A DNA stretch of 64,000 bases. Origin: Amphiscolops sp. MND2022 (taxonomy: Eukaryota). How positions within the stretch are numbered: the first letter of the stretch is position 1; every line of letters begins with the position of its first letter. Positions 14,119 to 28,232 of this stretch are shown here, one piece after another. Position numbers and translations under genes: made by a program. The stretch is from the NCBI GenBank assembly GCA_964187785.1, contig OZ076409.1:79052001-79116000 (forward strand), read 5' to 3'. The notes under the pieces are model-generated. The model was not told the origin of the DNA. It was given only the letters and a program-made list of their open reading frames with translations, and ran no database searches.

Positions 14119-14480
14119 TAAGAAAGTTATGACCTTCGTGAACAAAATTAGCTCAGGTTTGATTAATGGTTTGATTTGAAAGACTGATGTGTTTCGTGCC
14201 ATGTTGTGTGTTAATGTTTCACTATCCACGTGACTTAGATAGTTAAAAATATCAGTTTTCAGTTAATTGCATTGTTTCAGCAATCCGAAACTCTTTGAAC
14301 AGAAAGACTGTGAAAATAACATTTGGCTTTCTAACAGCAAATTTATTACCCGCCCATCTTTCTGATGAGTAACGAAAAGTCATTCGGCAAATTGAAACAC
14401 TTTCTACCAGAGACCTAAAAATCCCAACCACCATGAAAGATGGACTGATAGGATTTAAATTGTTCAGTCATTCATGTACA

Positions 14481-15593
14481 AACAAGCCGGGAACGGCCCA
14501 AGTCGGCGCCATATGTAACGGCAAGCTGTTATCGGTCGCTTAACGCGTTAACAGAGGTGGAGGAACCTGCAGTAATGGGTGAATCGCTCGGGACAGGCGC
14601 CCATCGCCACAGATCCATTTTGCCTCCAGGGGTGAAATACGTCCCGGGGCCGCGGGTGCTTCGACGAATACTGTCCAACCGGTCCTAGTCTTTGATTGCT
14701 AATAGTAACGGGCATCTTTTTGACTCTCTAAAGACCACCGCTTAACTAGCATATAAAAACAATGCCAAGAATAAGGTAAATTTCCAGTTCCAGGGTGACA
14801 TGTGAATAAGATCTAAAATTGGGGAATAAGATCTAAACTAGCGCTAGCGCTACTGAATACAGCCAAAATCACTGAAAATACATGAAAACAGGCACGAATA
14901 TGGCAAACCACACAGCTACAAGCTGGGGCGCAGGGGCTCCAAGCACCAAATAAAGATCTTTAGGCGAAAAGACTCATTTTTACGGTTTCCGCTACATAGG
15001 GTAGCCTAATGCTGAAAATCGATAAAACCGGTGTTAGCACCTCAAAAAGAGTCTATTTTCGGATGTTCTTGCCGTCTCTGGCTTCTGTCATGGAGGCGCG
15101 CCCGTGTTTTTGCTCGTTCTTGCTCTTTGTTGTCGAAGTACCTGCCAATTTCGTGGAAACAGCGAAAAGAGCAATCGCATGCTCAGTGCCACGTCACACA
15201 TCGGATTAGAATTTTTGACAAAATTTCTGAACATGTCAAAAGTGCAAAATCGGTTGATATTGCTGTACCAGAGCTTGCCGTTACAATATCTAAGGCTCAA
15301 AAAGACTCGAAAACCACTTTTTTCTACAACTGGAGACAACAAAAGCTTGAATTTTTTTTCGAAGTTTCCGGTAAGTTGCATAGTGCCGAAAAATGTAAAA
15401 GGGGGGACGCTTTTTATCTCATGTTAGACGCTTTGGATGCGTTGAAAATGAAGTACTAAGTACATATGGTAAAAGTTGGTAAATGTGCATTATTGGATTA
15501 ATGCACAAAAAGTGGACGTTACGCGTTGAACTGACGAAAAAAAAACTAGCCACTGTAAGAGTCGGGATTTGCTTCGAAAACGCCGACTAAAAA
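14481..15593 (-). mobile_element. Family A Helentron-like copy interrupted by a solo LTR
   Basis: AACAAGCCGGGAACGGCCCAAGTCGGCGCCATA, then the insertion, then ATATCTAAGGCTC...CGCCGACTAAAAA. Matches the uninterrupted copy at 19841. Confidence 0.8.
14514..15285. mobile_element. Solo LTR-like insertion (772 bp) related to the LTR at 46368-47101
   Basis: Perfect 14-bp terminal inverted repeat TGTAACGGCAAGCT, ATA duplicated on both sides, and patchy colinear homology to 46368-47101 in opposite orientation. Confidence 0.8.
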
Positions 15594-16511
15594 CAATCAG
15601 AACTGATGCTTAGTTTTCTGTATTCGACCAAGTCGCCATATTTACTGACACCTTACAGTCGCCAACGGACGTCTTACTTGTCGAGTCTTTTCGAATGTGA
15701 AGGGGGCGAGCGTCCATACTACAACTATGTCAATACCTTCACCTTAACATCCTTTTGCTTTTTGAATTGATTCTCGAAATCTGTTAAATCTTGGGATTAA
15801 GATTCTATTCATTTCGAAATTGGCCTTAGGCTTGAATTTCATGTCTATAATTCAATTTGTCTTTATTTCATTAATTTCAAGGCGGCAGTTTTGGTTCCTT
15901 TTGTCTCATTTCACATTTGCTCATTAGACCTAATTCATCAGTCCGAAATCCTGATTCCCAAAATATTTACAATACCTTTAATGAAGTTATTATTTGGGAA
16001 AAATCTATTTTCCCTCCAAGCGTTCTAATTGCTTCTTTTTGTTGAATGCTTCACAGCGTTTGCCAATTCCCATCTTGGGTTATCACTGATGTACTGAATC
16101 TTGTTAGGCCTATACTTTTTTACAATACAAATATTCAATTATGGATGAATACGGTATTGAAGCATCTTTTGAATAAGTGAAGCGTTGCTTAATTTTCCAT
16201 GCGTTTCACTGAAACTATATGACTTTAAGTGTTTTTTTTTTAATTTCTGAAATTAGGGAGTTTTTGGTTGAATTATCGTGTTGCGTGCAATTGTGCTTGA
16301 GGTCCCCCCGATTGCAACAATAACAGCAAACATCAAAATTGAACCAAATAAACCGGAATTTGATTTGCACCATTAGAATTTCCTGTTTGTAGTGAGAACG
16401 TTTTTTCAAAAACTTATGCGACTAAAACAAGTGATCAGTTTTCGCATTTTTTCCCCAGCTTCACACGGAACCGTTAACTTTTTGAGCACACTCATATCAA
16501 ATACAACAATC

Positions 16512-16580
16512 GTTACTTTGCACAATGGTTAGCGTGTGTGGCTTGCGAGCAGGAGTACGAGGGTTTCAATCCTCGCTATT
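16512..16580 (+). mobile_element. tRNA-derived SINE-like head or tRNA pseudogene (copy at ~18456-18524)
   Basis: A-box-like TTGCACAATGGTTAGC and B-box-like GGTTTCAATCC with tRNA spacing; no intact acceptor stem. Confidence 0.5.
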
Positions 16581-17236
16581 CCAATTGTTTCAAACATTTG
16601 CAAGGGTAGTCGAAGCTGAAGGGTCCCTTCGGAGGTTTTTAGCACTATGAGACTTTTCTTCGATTTTTTTTCAATATCTAGTCTTAATTCGGGTTTTTCA
16701 AGGTTTTCACTTTAAAAAACCGTATTCGGAAGGAAAGTGACCTTCTTTTGATTTTTCGGCACTGTGTGACTTTTATCAGATTTCTTTTACTTTTTCTTAA
16801 CGTTAAAAGTTCATTTTTTCGAACGTTATGTTTTCACTGTGTCGCGTTTCACTAAAAAGCATTTATCGAGCCTGTGTGGCCCGTTTCGAACATATTCTGC
16901 AGTGGGGTTTTTCAAAACTTTTGAAAGCATTCCTAAAGTTTTTAAAGAAAATTCTAAGGCTTTTTAAGAATGAGGGGCTTTTCAAGAATTATTCTTTCTC
17001 TTTCCTATATCAAAGTGATTTTCCGCATGTTCTTTCATGGGTTATCGAAAAAAATGAAGTTATTCAAGTAAAAATAAAAGGAATATATGCCATATTGCAT
17101 TGTTTTAATGTCCGAGTTGAAAAAATTATCTTCAAGGTTCCTCAAGGTTTATCATCAAGATTAAAAAATGGGTTGACTTGAGATTTTAACTAAAAGTTCA
17201 AGAACCTCATTCTCTCACCCGGGTAAGGGTCAAAAT

Positions 17237-17480
17237 ACAGGAGAACAAAAATACAGAAGAACTGTACTGGAGAACAAAATACGACAAGAATTGAAACACA
17301 CATGAAACACAGGAGAACTGTACAGGAGGACAAAATACCAAAAGAATGAATCACAGGAGAACTGTACAGGAGAACAAAATACCACAAGAATGAATCACAG
17401 GAGAACTGTACAGGAGAACAAAATACCACAACAATTGAAGCACACATGAAACACAGGAGAACTGTGCAGGAGGACAAATT
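17237..17480. repeat. Minisatellite (ACAGGAGAAC-based), shorter version at ~19180-19270
   Basis: Repeated ACAGGAGAACTGTACAGGAGAACAAAATAC units. Confidence 0.85.
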
Positions 17481-19840
17481 AAGACAAGGACAAAATATCA
17501 GACTTGTTTGATGATTTGTGAAACTAACTCATTGACGTGACAGAATTAAGTAAACTAGCAAAGTTAGCAGAAGAGAATTTCATGTTATTGATATACAATA
17601 TTGGTTGGACGACTCCATAGGGAAATTGGGCCCCTATATTGTCACGTATTTGCAAGCACCTCATCTCTGAAAATTACCAGCCGATTCATTTCACAGCCTC
17701 AAGTATTTTATCGCATTATAATAGCCTTTTTTGTAGCAACCCCTCAAATGCCTGTCATCATCTTTGACATTGTAGGCATGATGAACTTAAGAAATCTGAT
17801 GAAATGTTCAAGTAAGGAATTTCTTTCATCGGAAGTTGCGATATGTTTCACATTTGCTCATTAGATCTAATTCATCAGTCCGAAATCCTGATTCCCAAAA
17901 TATTTATAATACCTTTAATGAAGTTATTATTTGGGAAAAATCTGTTTTCCCTGCAAGCGTTCTAATTGCTTCTTTTTGTTGAAGGCTTCACAGCGTTTGC
18001 CAATTCCCATCTTGGGTTATCACTGATGTACTGAATCTTGTTAGGCCTATACTTTTTCACAATACAAATATTCAATTATGGATGAATGGATGGACGGTAT
18101 TGAAGCATCTTTTGAATAAGTGAAGCGTTGCCTAATTTTCCATGCGTTTCACTGAAACTATATGACTTTAAGTGTTTTTTTAATTTCTGAAATTAGGGAG
18201 TTTTTGGTTGAATTATCGTGTTGCGTGCAATTGTGCTTGATTAGGTCCCCCCCGATTGCAACAATAACAGCAAACATCAAAATTGAACCAAATAAACCGG
18301 AATTTGATTTGCACCATTAGAATTTCCTGTTTGTAGTGAGAACGTTTTTTCAAAAACTTATGCGACTAAAACAAGTGATCAGTTTTCGCATTTTCTCCCC
18401 AGCTTCACACGGAACCGTTAACTTTTTGAGCACACTCATATCAAATACAACAATCGTTACTTTGCACAATGGTTAGCGTGTGTGGCTTGCGAGCAGGAGT
18501 ACGAGGGTTTCAATCCTCGCTATTCCAATTGTTTCAAACATTTGCAAGGGTAGTCGAAGCTGAAGGGTCCCTTCGGAGGTTTTTAGCACTATGAGACTTT
18601 TCTTCGATTTTTTTTTCAATATCTAGTCTTAATTCGGGTTTTTCAAGGTTTTCACTTTAAAAAACCGTATTCGGAAGGAAAGTGACCTTATTTTGATTTT
18701 TCGGCACTGTGTGACTTTTATCAGATTTCTTTTACTTTTTCTTAACGTTAAAAGTTCATTTTTTCGAACGTTATGTTTTCACTGTGTCGCGTTTCACTAA
18801 AAAGCATTTATCGAGCCTGTGTGGCCCGTTTCGAACATATTCTGCAGTGGGGTTTTTCAAAACTTTTGAAAGCATTCCTAAAGTTTTTAAAGAAAATTCT
18901 AAGGCTTTTTAAGAATGAGGGGCTTTTCAAGAATTATTCTTTCTCTTTCATATATCAAAGTGATTTTCCGCATGTTCTTTCATGGGTTATCGAAAAAAAT
19001 GAAGTTATTCAAGTAAAAATAAAAGGAATATATGCCATATTGCACTGTTTTAATGTCCGAGTTGAAAAAATTATCTTCAAGGTTCCTCAAGGTTTATCAT
19101 CAAGATTAAAAAATGGGTTGACTTGAGATTTTAACTAAAAGTTCAAGAACCTCATTCTCTCACCCGGGTAAGGGTCAAAATACAGGAGAACAAAAATACA
19201 GAAGAACTGTACAGGAGGACAAAATACCACAGGAATGAATCACAGGAGAACTGTACAGGAGAACAAAATAAGACAAGGACAAAATATCAGACTTGTTTGA
19301 TGATTTGTGAAACTAACTCATTGACGTGACAGAATTAAGTAAACTAGCAGAGTTAGCAGAGGAGAATTTCATGTTATTGATATACAATATTGGTTGGACG
19401 ACTCCATAGGGAAATTGGGACCCTATATTGTCACGTATTTGCAAGCATCTCATCTCTGAAAATTACCAGCCGTTTTATTTCACAGCCTCAAGTATCTTAT
19501 CGCATTACAATAGCCTTTTTTGTAGCAACCCCTCAAATGCCTGTCATCATCTTTGACATTGTAGGCATGATGAACTTGAGAAATCCGAGGAAAGGTTCAA
19601 GGGTGAATTTCTTTCATAAGAAGTTGCGATATGAAAACACTCGATAGTGAAAAATGCGATACATTCCCTTGGCTTATCACCACTTCGGTAGAGTAATCTT
19701 AGAATTCTTATGTAAATAATTTTTGACAGGATAAAACGTTTCCTCGGTCAGTTTACAGATGAGGTGAGGTGTCTTCAGCAACTCGTTGGCAGGTCATTCG
19801 CTTTTTTTATCATTAGAGGTAATATCCACCTTTCGGAAAT

Positions 19841-20241
19841 AACAAGCCGGGAACGGCCCAAGTCGGCGCCATATCTAAGGCTCAAAAATAGCAGAAGGAC
19901 TTCAAAATGTCAAAGTATCGGTGAATTGGGGACCCTTTTAAGAAAAAACAACAAAAGCTCTCAAAAAACTAAAAATTGAGAAAAATTTTTTTTTTGAAAT
20001 TTTTTTTCGAAGTTTCCGGTAAGTCGCATAGTGCCGAAAAATGTAAAAGGGGGACGCTTTTTACCTCATGTTTGACGCTTTGGATGCGTTGAAAATGAAG
20101 TACTAAGTACATATGGTAAAAGTTGGAAAATGTGCATTAATTGGATTAATGCACAAAAAGTGGACGTACGCGTTGAACTGACGAAAAAAAAAACTAGCCA
20201 CTGTAAGAGTCGGGATTTTCTTCGAAAACGCCGACTAAAAA
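19841..20241 (-). mobile_element. Family A Helentron-like element, complete copy
   Basis: Same termini as 2239-2686. Confidence 0.8.
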
Positions 20242-20587
20242 TACAGATAGTGACTCTCAGTACCGCGGGTTTTTACTGTAATCAGGCCAGCAAACACAAG
20301 CATAGCTTGACTTCAAAATAGTGAAATTGAATATTGAAAGTGAAATTCTAGGAAACGGAAGGAAAGGACACCGTACAAAAAATTCATTACATTGAATTCA
20401 TTTGATGAAACTGGATAAAATGTTTATTTCTAGAAATGGAAGTTTGGCTGGAAAGCCAGCAACAACAACAGTCCAAAGGGTGCACCATTTGAGATTCACA
20501 AAGAACTGTCTTTTTGATTGAATATTTTGAGGGAATTTTTAACAAATTGCACCAAAAAAATAGGAAAAAAAGTTTTCCTGAGACGTG

Positions 20588-21170
20588 TTTTTAGTCGGCG
20601 CTTCATGAAGTGAAACGCGACTATTATAGTGACTTTTCTTTTTTTTCAATCCACACGAACTGACAAAATAGTTCTTAAAAGTTCTACAAAATATTATTGC
20701 ACCAAATTGCACTATTTGGCCTAGCGAACTGAACCAAAAAGGTTTTTCCTGTTTTCCAGCGTACCATACCATACCCGGGAGACCAAAGGGTCCCCCTTCC
20801 AATTTTTTTCGGCACTGCGAGACATTTTTTCCGGAATTTTTTCCCCTTAAATTTTTTTCTGTTTTGCGACAGATTGGATGTTGGAAAATCCCAAAGGGTC
20901 CCCTTTCAGTTTTTTTCGGCACTGTGAGATTTTTTTCCGAAAACAAAATTTTTTGTTTTCTTCAATTTTTTCATGTTTTGCGACAAAATGGATGTTGAAA
21001 AACCTCAAAGGGTCCCCCCTTTCAGTTTTTTGGCATTGTGAGACTTTAGCGCGCCACTCGGTCCATTTTTTTTCGAAAATTTTTCGATTTTCGAGTACTG
21101 TGCAAGAGAATACTTGACACTTGGAAGTCTTTTTGCTATTTTTGAGCCTTGGATATGGCGCCGACTTGTT
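20588..21170 (+). mobile_element. Family A Helentron-like element lacking the 3' hairpin
   Basis: TTTTTAGTCGGCGC ... GGCGCCGACTTGTT; the hairpin appears deleted between CTTG microhomologies. Confidence 0.78.
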
Positions 21171-22037
21171 TTCTCTTCCATTTGATTACAAAATGTCAAA
21201 GTTTACTTTTGTATCGAGTTTACTCTAAAGAAACACAGTCAAGAGAATGACATTTTTCTTGAAATCTAACGTTGACAAAAAAATCCAATTTGGAGCTTAG
21301 TTGTCCCTTTTGGTTTTTAAACTTTTAAAAACCTCAGACGTATGTTCGGTGTTTCTCAAAACGGGGCGCCAACATTAGTCAGTTGCAGGCTTGTTCTTGT
21401 AATTGGGCTTTTAATTGTTCAACGCGATTTCTAACCAAAATGCCAGGTTTTCAAATCCTGCTAGGATGAATTCCTGTAAACCACTTCTTTCGCGGGGGAG
21501 AGCTGAAATTATCCCACCGTTAACAGGACGTTTGTTATCTCATCCATTGGGTGTTGATTTTGCAAGTTTTGAGACAAATTCTTGTATGTGCCTCAATAAA
21601 TTTCCAATCAATTTCGTACTATTAACCACATGTGCACCATATGTGCAACACATTGTACTGAGGTGATTTCCAATTTACTTCATCTCGCTCCAATTCCCTA
21701 TTTACTGCTCTTCATCATATGGGTCGTTCTTGCGCAGCCAATATTACCCTTGGCAAACGTTTTCATATTTAAACGAAAGAGGGAGTTTTAACTATCTGAA
21801 ACACATTTATTAAACCTTTCAAATTCAGACGACCTATAAAATCAGGGATTGGGGCAAAATAACCGAAATCGAAACAGATGAAGATTTTTGAGATTCAAAA
21901 AAGAACAAAACTGCCCATTTTTAAAAAGGGACAAAATAGCCAAACTTTTAAACAAGGAAAATCGCTGATTTGAAACAATAATGATCGCGGAAAGCTGATT
22001 ATAATCAATAAGAATTCTGCACTATTTTTTGAAGCCA

Positions 22038-22848
22038 TGTGTGACATACACAGACCTGATCTTGAACCGTATTAATAAGGAAAACAGCCAAAGAGACACT
22101 TGGTGCTTTTGACCAGCAAAACTCTAATTACTGTTTATTTATGTTGCTTAGATTTGTTACCATTTAGTATACTTCGATACGTACATTGAGATAGAGTTAA
22201 CTTTTAAAGACAACGATGTTTTAGAACCAAGTAATTTGAGATTACATCATGGCGTAGTAGCAAGATTTTACGCTACGTTTTCTTTTTACCGTAAAAAACC
22301 CAATTTTGTTCGATCAAAAAACAATGACAACGACCACAAGTAATATACAGCTACCGTACCTCGAAGGCACCGGACTTGACGGGAAGAAACTGTATACACC
22401 AATAGAATGGACGGAACGACTACGACATTATGTCAAACGGATTTACAATATCGATATAAAATCGGCATTATCCGGGGAAACAAAAACACCGACCAGGAAC
22501 AGGACAAAGAAAGAACCAGAAATAAGACAAGACTTTAACTGGGGAGCCGGACCGTCAGCAATCGAGAACATAACCAAAGAAGAGTTTAACACGGATCCCG
22601 ACACAATAAAGAAGGAAAGACTACTACAACTATTCAAAGGCTGCTACATGCCCAAACGAAATACGTACCACAGCCGTGGAAATTTCTTCTGGGCAAAACA
22701 AGAGGAAAACGAAACCCCGGTGAACATTGGAGAAAACTAGTATCCCTCGAAAGAAACTGCGAATTCAGAGATATCAAACAAGAGGACTTACTCATCTCAA
22801 AATTCATCACAGGCAGCACCAATAAAAATTACGAGAAAAACTTATCCG
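22038..22848 (+). mobile_element. Mag-like Gypsy 5' end: short LTR, tRNA-Ser-like PBS (22250), decayed gag
   Basis: ...ATTACATCA-TGGCGTAGTAGCAAGATT versus the tRNA-Ser complement TGGCGTAGTCGGCAGGATT; gag-like EWTERLRHY...FFWAKQEENETP. Confidence 0.7.
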
Positions 22849-23729
22849 GACGAATTGAATAAGTAAGAATAAGTAAGAAGACGGATTGAATTGGCAAAAT
22901 CAGGAGCAATGCGACCATAGTGGAACAAGGGCCTCTGCAGAGAAGTGTATGTCCCAAGAAGGCCGGAAGAAGACGAGAGAAGAGAGATAAAAATAATAGA
23001 CCTGCAACGAAAAAGGAAAGAAGAATAAACACATATCGGCGATGGCTATTTCGTTAATTTCGGCGACAAGATACCGCCAAGACCACAAAGCCAGGACCAA
23101 ACGGGACTAGTTCTGGGGACTATTAATATATCGGGGTTGAATTTTCTCACTAAAAGAACAGTTAGATTATGCCAAGCAGCTGTCGTTTTTGAGGGGCGGA
23201 GCCGATGAACACTGAAGCCTGCAATGATAGTGACCGATTTTAGTTTTTGCAACTATAACTGTTAACAACATTTAAAAAAATGGTAAGTGTTGCTTCTTTG
23301 TTTGAGTGTACATTTGACTTTAAAACGACTGAGTTGACATATTTGCTCCCCGCGCGAGGTTCCCAGTACGTGCATCTCGCTCCAATTCCCTATTTACTGC
23401 TCTTCATCATATGGGTCGTTCTTGCGCAGCCAATATTCCCCTTGGCAAACGTTTTCATATTTAAAAGAAAGAGGGAGTTTTAACTATCTGAAACACATTT
23501 ATTAAACCTTTCAAATTCAGACGACCTATAAAATCAGGGATTGGGGCAAAATAACCGAAATCGAAACAGATGAAGATTTTTGAGATTCAAAAAAGAACAA
23601 AACTGCCCATTTTTAAAAAGGGACAAAATAGCCAAACTTTTAAACAAGGAAAATCGCTGATTTGAAACAATAATGATCGCGGAAAGCTGATTATAATCAA
23701 TAAGAATTCTGCACTATTTTTTGAAGCCA

Positions 23730-24640
23730 CGTGTGACATACACAGACCTGATCTTGAACCGTATTAATAAGGAAAACAGTCAAAGAGACACTTGGTGCTT
23801 TTGACCAGCAAAACTCTAATTACTGTTTATTTATGTTGCTTAGATTTGTTACCATTTAGTATACTTCGATACGTACATTGAGATAGAGTTAACTTTTAAA
23901 GACAACGATGTTTTAGAACCAAGTAATTTGAGATTACATCATGGCGTAGTAGCAAGATTTTACGCTACGTTTTCTTTTTACCGTAAAAAACCCAATTTTG
24001 TTCGATCAAAAAACAATGACAACGACCACAAGTAATATACAGCTACCGTACCTCGAAGGCACCGGACTTGACGGGAAGAAACTGTATACACCAATAGAAT
24101 GGACGGAACGACTACGACATTATGTCAAACGGATTTACAATATCGATATAAAATCGGCATTATCCGGGGAAACAAAAACACCGACCAGGAACAGGACAAA
24201 GAAAGAACCAGAAATAAGACAAGACTTTAACTGGGGAGCCGGACCGTCAGCAATCGAGAACATAACCAAAGAAGAGTTTAACACGGATCCCGACACAATA
24301 AAGAAGGAAAGACTACTACAACTATTCAAAGGCTGCTACATGCCCAAACGAAATACGTACCACAGCCGTGGAAATTTCTTCTGGGCAAAACAAGAGGAAA
24401 ACGAAACCCCGGTGAACATTGGAGAAAACTAGTATCCCTCGAAAGAAACTGCGAATTCAGAGATATCAAACAAGAGGACTTACTCATCTCAAAATTCATC
24501 ACAGGCAGCACCAATAAAAAATTACGAGAAAAACTTATCCGCGAGAAACCATTAACTTTTAAAAAATGATGGACTTAGTAAATCAAGACAGCTACGCGAT
24601 AAGACGCAAGCAATCAACAATACCTACAGCAAATCCAAAA
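23730..24640 (+). mobile_element. Mag-like Gypsy 5' end, second copy (PBS at 23942)
   Basis: Duplicate of 22038-22848 with the gag reading slightly further. Confidence 0.7.
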
Positions 24641-24889
24641 AAACTGCCGAACAAACAATATTACGTATACTCGAAAACCAGCACAAACAAATTCAGCACA
24701 AAAGTTCACAACCGACGCCTGCAAACCCTGCCTTGGAGTATCCCTATGGCAAAAACAAGTGTTACGACTAACTATAGGGGTACTTTTACGTATAGCCGTT
24801 TTAAGTTTGACTGGTGCAGAAGTAGTTGGATGAAGCACGTTTTCAGTTTCCTAATCAGTATTTTCTACGTTTAAAAGATTATTTTGAGT

Positions 24890-25125
24890 TGTGGCTGTTG
24901 GTGCTATTAGTTTTAGCATTTCAATCTAAGTCTCAGCAAGACTTTCGGAGATGTCGGACATGATTTTTTTTCTAAGTGACGTCTCTATTTTGTCCAGGTT
25001 TTCTGAATGTCTTCTAGGTGACTTGCTACCGGCTATAAGGTTTTCTTCAGGAATATTTTCAGTTACAGGAGCTTCCGGTGACAATGTCTTCTACTTCTTT
25101 TCTTTGGTGACTTCTAGTTGTCAGT
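24890..25125 (-). pseudogene. Decayed homolog of the 5758-6149 ORF
   Basis: Minus strand reads TTRS...SKSPRRHSENLDKIETSLRKKIMSDISESLAET*IEMLKLIAP. Confidence 0.5.
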
Positions 25126-25595
25126 TTTATAAAGAAAGAATCTTCCGAAGTTCAGCAATAATTCTTCGAAGAAAAGATTTAGTTTGACGTTTCACAATTA
25201 ATAATTATTCAGGTTGAACAACTAACAATTAACTGAAATCTTTTACTTGAATCTACATGTTTATACCTTCCCAGCATCATTTGTTCATCACCTAGAAATT
25301 CCTAAGAATCATAGAAACTGTGTTTGTTCACAAACAATCCCAGGTGATCCATATCATTTCAGTCCTGCGGTCCCAAACCAGGTATTCAAATTCCTAGATG
25401 CGTCACACTTACGTCGTTTTTGTTGAAAAAAGTTTTGTTACACTCATACTGATTTCCTGTTTGAAAATTAAAATAGCGGCAAAACAAATGTCCAGTTAAA
25501 ATTTTGGTGACGAAGGCTTGCCGGTTTGAACAATTTCTCAACTAGTCAAGCTTGGGAACCTAAAAGTGCTGAGCAAGAGTATAACAGTCAAAAAT

Positions 25596-25665
25596 CATAT
25601 ATATAACATATAACAACATATAACAACATATAACAAACATATAACAACATACATATATATATATG
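25596..25665. repeat. CATATAACAA microsatellite
   Basis: Directly visible simple repeat. Confidence 0.85.
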
Positions 25666-26809
25666 GTTTGACCAAAGTCACACGTAATATTAAAGCACTT
25701 TCGTGAACACAACTTTGCCAAATTCTCAGGCTCTCAATAACATAAAATAACATGATTTCAATTTCACAATAGCAATATAACATCAATACAGAAAACAGTA
25801 ATAAGGAAACAGTTTTCATCGAGTGTAGTTCTATCAAATCAATAGCAACTCCAAGTGCCTAAATAGGAAAAATCACGTTGACTTTACGTCACACTGTGTA
25901 GGTATGAAGAAAAAAAGGTTGGATAAATTTCATTGAAACGAATACTTCCTAACGGAATTATTGTTTCCTGTGGTCAACGTAATCTCCAACATATCATCCC
26001 AAACATTTCATCACATTTGAATCTTACTATACTCCAAAAGAACTTACAACACGTGAGAAGATTTAAGATCACTTTATCTTCTACCTCATTGTATAGCTTT
26101 CCTTGATTTGTACAAGAATATCGAAAATTGTCTTAGTCTATATCAAATAGGACAACCTATTTCTTATTCACAACCTTCGGACTTGACCTAGTAGTGACGT
26201 GTGTATTATAGTTAGCCATAGCTGACCGGCAGCGTGACGTAGCCGGTACGTCAGGTGCTGGTGTAGAATTCGTTCTGAGATACCTAACTGTGACGTCATA
26301 AAATCGTTCATTCTAATCTGAGCGTCAAAATATCAGCCACCTAGCGATATTAATGGTTTGCTAAACAGGCGGTAAGGAATTTTCGTTCTGCTAAAGAGTG
26401 ACACTATTGGCTCGTAAAAGTAGAAACGTTGTGACTATTTGCTTAAATTACTTGACTGTAACTTATGTGAATTTTGGCAACTACTTTACAACTGTAAAGC
26501 AACCAGCTATACTATTTTATATGTTCATTCCGTTTTATTTCATATGTGCTCCGTTAAAATCACATAACTGAATATTGTTTTCAATGTTTTCTTTCAGGGT
26601 AGAAAAAGAAGAACTATTACCCTCTTGTGAATTTTGTCTCCGTTTTGCTATTTAGGTCAGTATAAAAATTTCAGGAGATGACACCGGAAAGAAAAACTCC
26701 CGCTTATTGTCTAGCTGTACTGTGAGTAGAATTTCAAAAGTCTTACGTTTGAATAATTCCTCCCGTGGCTGAGTCCGCTGGCAAACTTATGTATTTCTTC
26801 GTGGCAGCT

Positions 26810-27800
26810 GAAGCATCGACAGGGAGCGGGTCCTGACAACAAGGAAACAGGGAATTTAAATCATTGCATTCACCAGCCGCTATCTAAACGATGCGGAAAA
26901 AAATATTCCATAGGCGAATTAGAGCTACTGGCCTCAGTTTGGGGATTCTGATTTTACTTATACGGGAAACAAGTCCAATTATTCTTGGATCACCAAGCAC
27001 TTGAACCTTTACTAAAAAGAAACAAAGCCAACAACCAATACAGCGCTCGGCTAAAAAGAAGGCTAGACAGACTAAATCACTTCGACATCAGTCTAAAACA
27101 TACCGCCGGCAAAAAAATCAAATTCACTTTTTTATTAGTCAAAATCCCACCAAAAATCCGGAACCGGAACAAAACAAGAAGTTGTGATCAACGCCATCCC
27201 TCAATTAGCAACAATAAACGCCCGTATGGGACGGATTTTCAATCAATTAGAAGCCGCGAACACCGTCAGTGAAACGGACATGCATGATAAATGACGCTGC
27301 CAAACAAACAAAGGCCAAAATAATTTTCTTTTACCACACATTACAGCCGCTTGTTGGCAATACCACGGAGAAGTATTCAACATTGAATAACAACGAAAAC
27401 GACAACCAGAATGCGAGATTCTTCCCAACAGACGGACAACTGCGCTACCATTGGGGCGCAGACGATCAGATCATGACAATTATCAACAGGCGAGAAAAAT
27501 CCCCCGAAACTGCGGAGTCAGTAAGAAGACGGATTGAATTGGCAAAATCAGGAGCAATGTGACCATAGTGGAACAAGGGCCTCTGCAGAGAAGTGTATGT
27601 CCCAAGAAGGCCGGAAGAAGACGAGAGAAGAGAGATAAAAATAATAGACCTGCAACGAAAAAGGAAAGAAGAATAAACACATATCGGCGATGGCTATTTC
27701 GTTAATTTCGGCGACGAGATACCGCCAAGACCACAAAGCCAGGACCAAACGGGACTAGTTCTGGGGACTATTAATATATCGGGGTTGAATTTTCTCACTA
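26810..27800 (+). pseudogene. Decayed Gypsy RNase H and downstream linker
   Basis: IAFTSRYLNDAEK, GELELLA, YGKQVQLFLDHQALEPLL...LDRLNHFDISLKHTAGK. Confidence 0.8.
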
Positions 27801-28232
27801 AAAGAACAGTTAGATTATGCCAAGCAGCTGTCGTTTTTGAGGGGCGGAGCCGATGAACACTGAAGCCTGCAATGATAGTGACCGATTTTAGTTTTTGCAA
27901 CTATAACTGTTAACAACATTAAAGAGATTGGTAAGAGTTGCTTCTTTGTTTGAGTGTACATTTGATTTTAAAACGACTGAGTTGACATATTTGCTCCCCG
28001 CGCGAGGTTCCCAGTACGTGCTTTTTGGAAAATCGTGGTATCTTGTTTGCTCGGAAGCTTCGTTCCAGCATATACTTTGCAAAAAGCAGCCCGAAGTAGA
28101 ACAGAAATTGAAATAACGGATTTTGAAAGAACAGTTTGGAATGAGGTTAAAGTAAAGATTTAAAAAGTTCTGAAAGGGGATAATTAAGTTACAATGGGAT
28201 GTTACAACCTGGATAGATGTCAGAGGATGTCA

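Larger units (their letters stand above)
15909..19633. repeat. Tandem duplication, ~1.94-kb and ~1.79-kb copies (junction ~17846)
   Basis: Near-identical copies that differ mainly in length of the internal ACAGGAGAAC minisatellite. Confidence 0.93.
21681..28022. repeat. Tandem duplication: 21681-23372 is an internally deleted copy of 23373-28022
   Basis: 21681-22848 matches 23373-24541, and 22870-23372 matches 27520-28022. Confidence 0.9.

Noticed and set aside
16512..16580. Functional tRNA gene
   Set aside because: Only A/B-box-like motifs are present; acceptor and anticodon stems do not pair properly.
16828..17181. 117-aa ORF present twice
   Set aside because: Its duplication is explained by the tandem repeat, it has low-complexity composition, and it shows no motifs.
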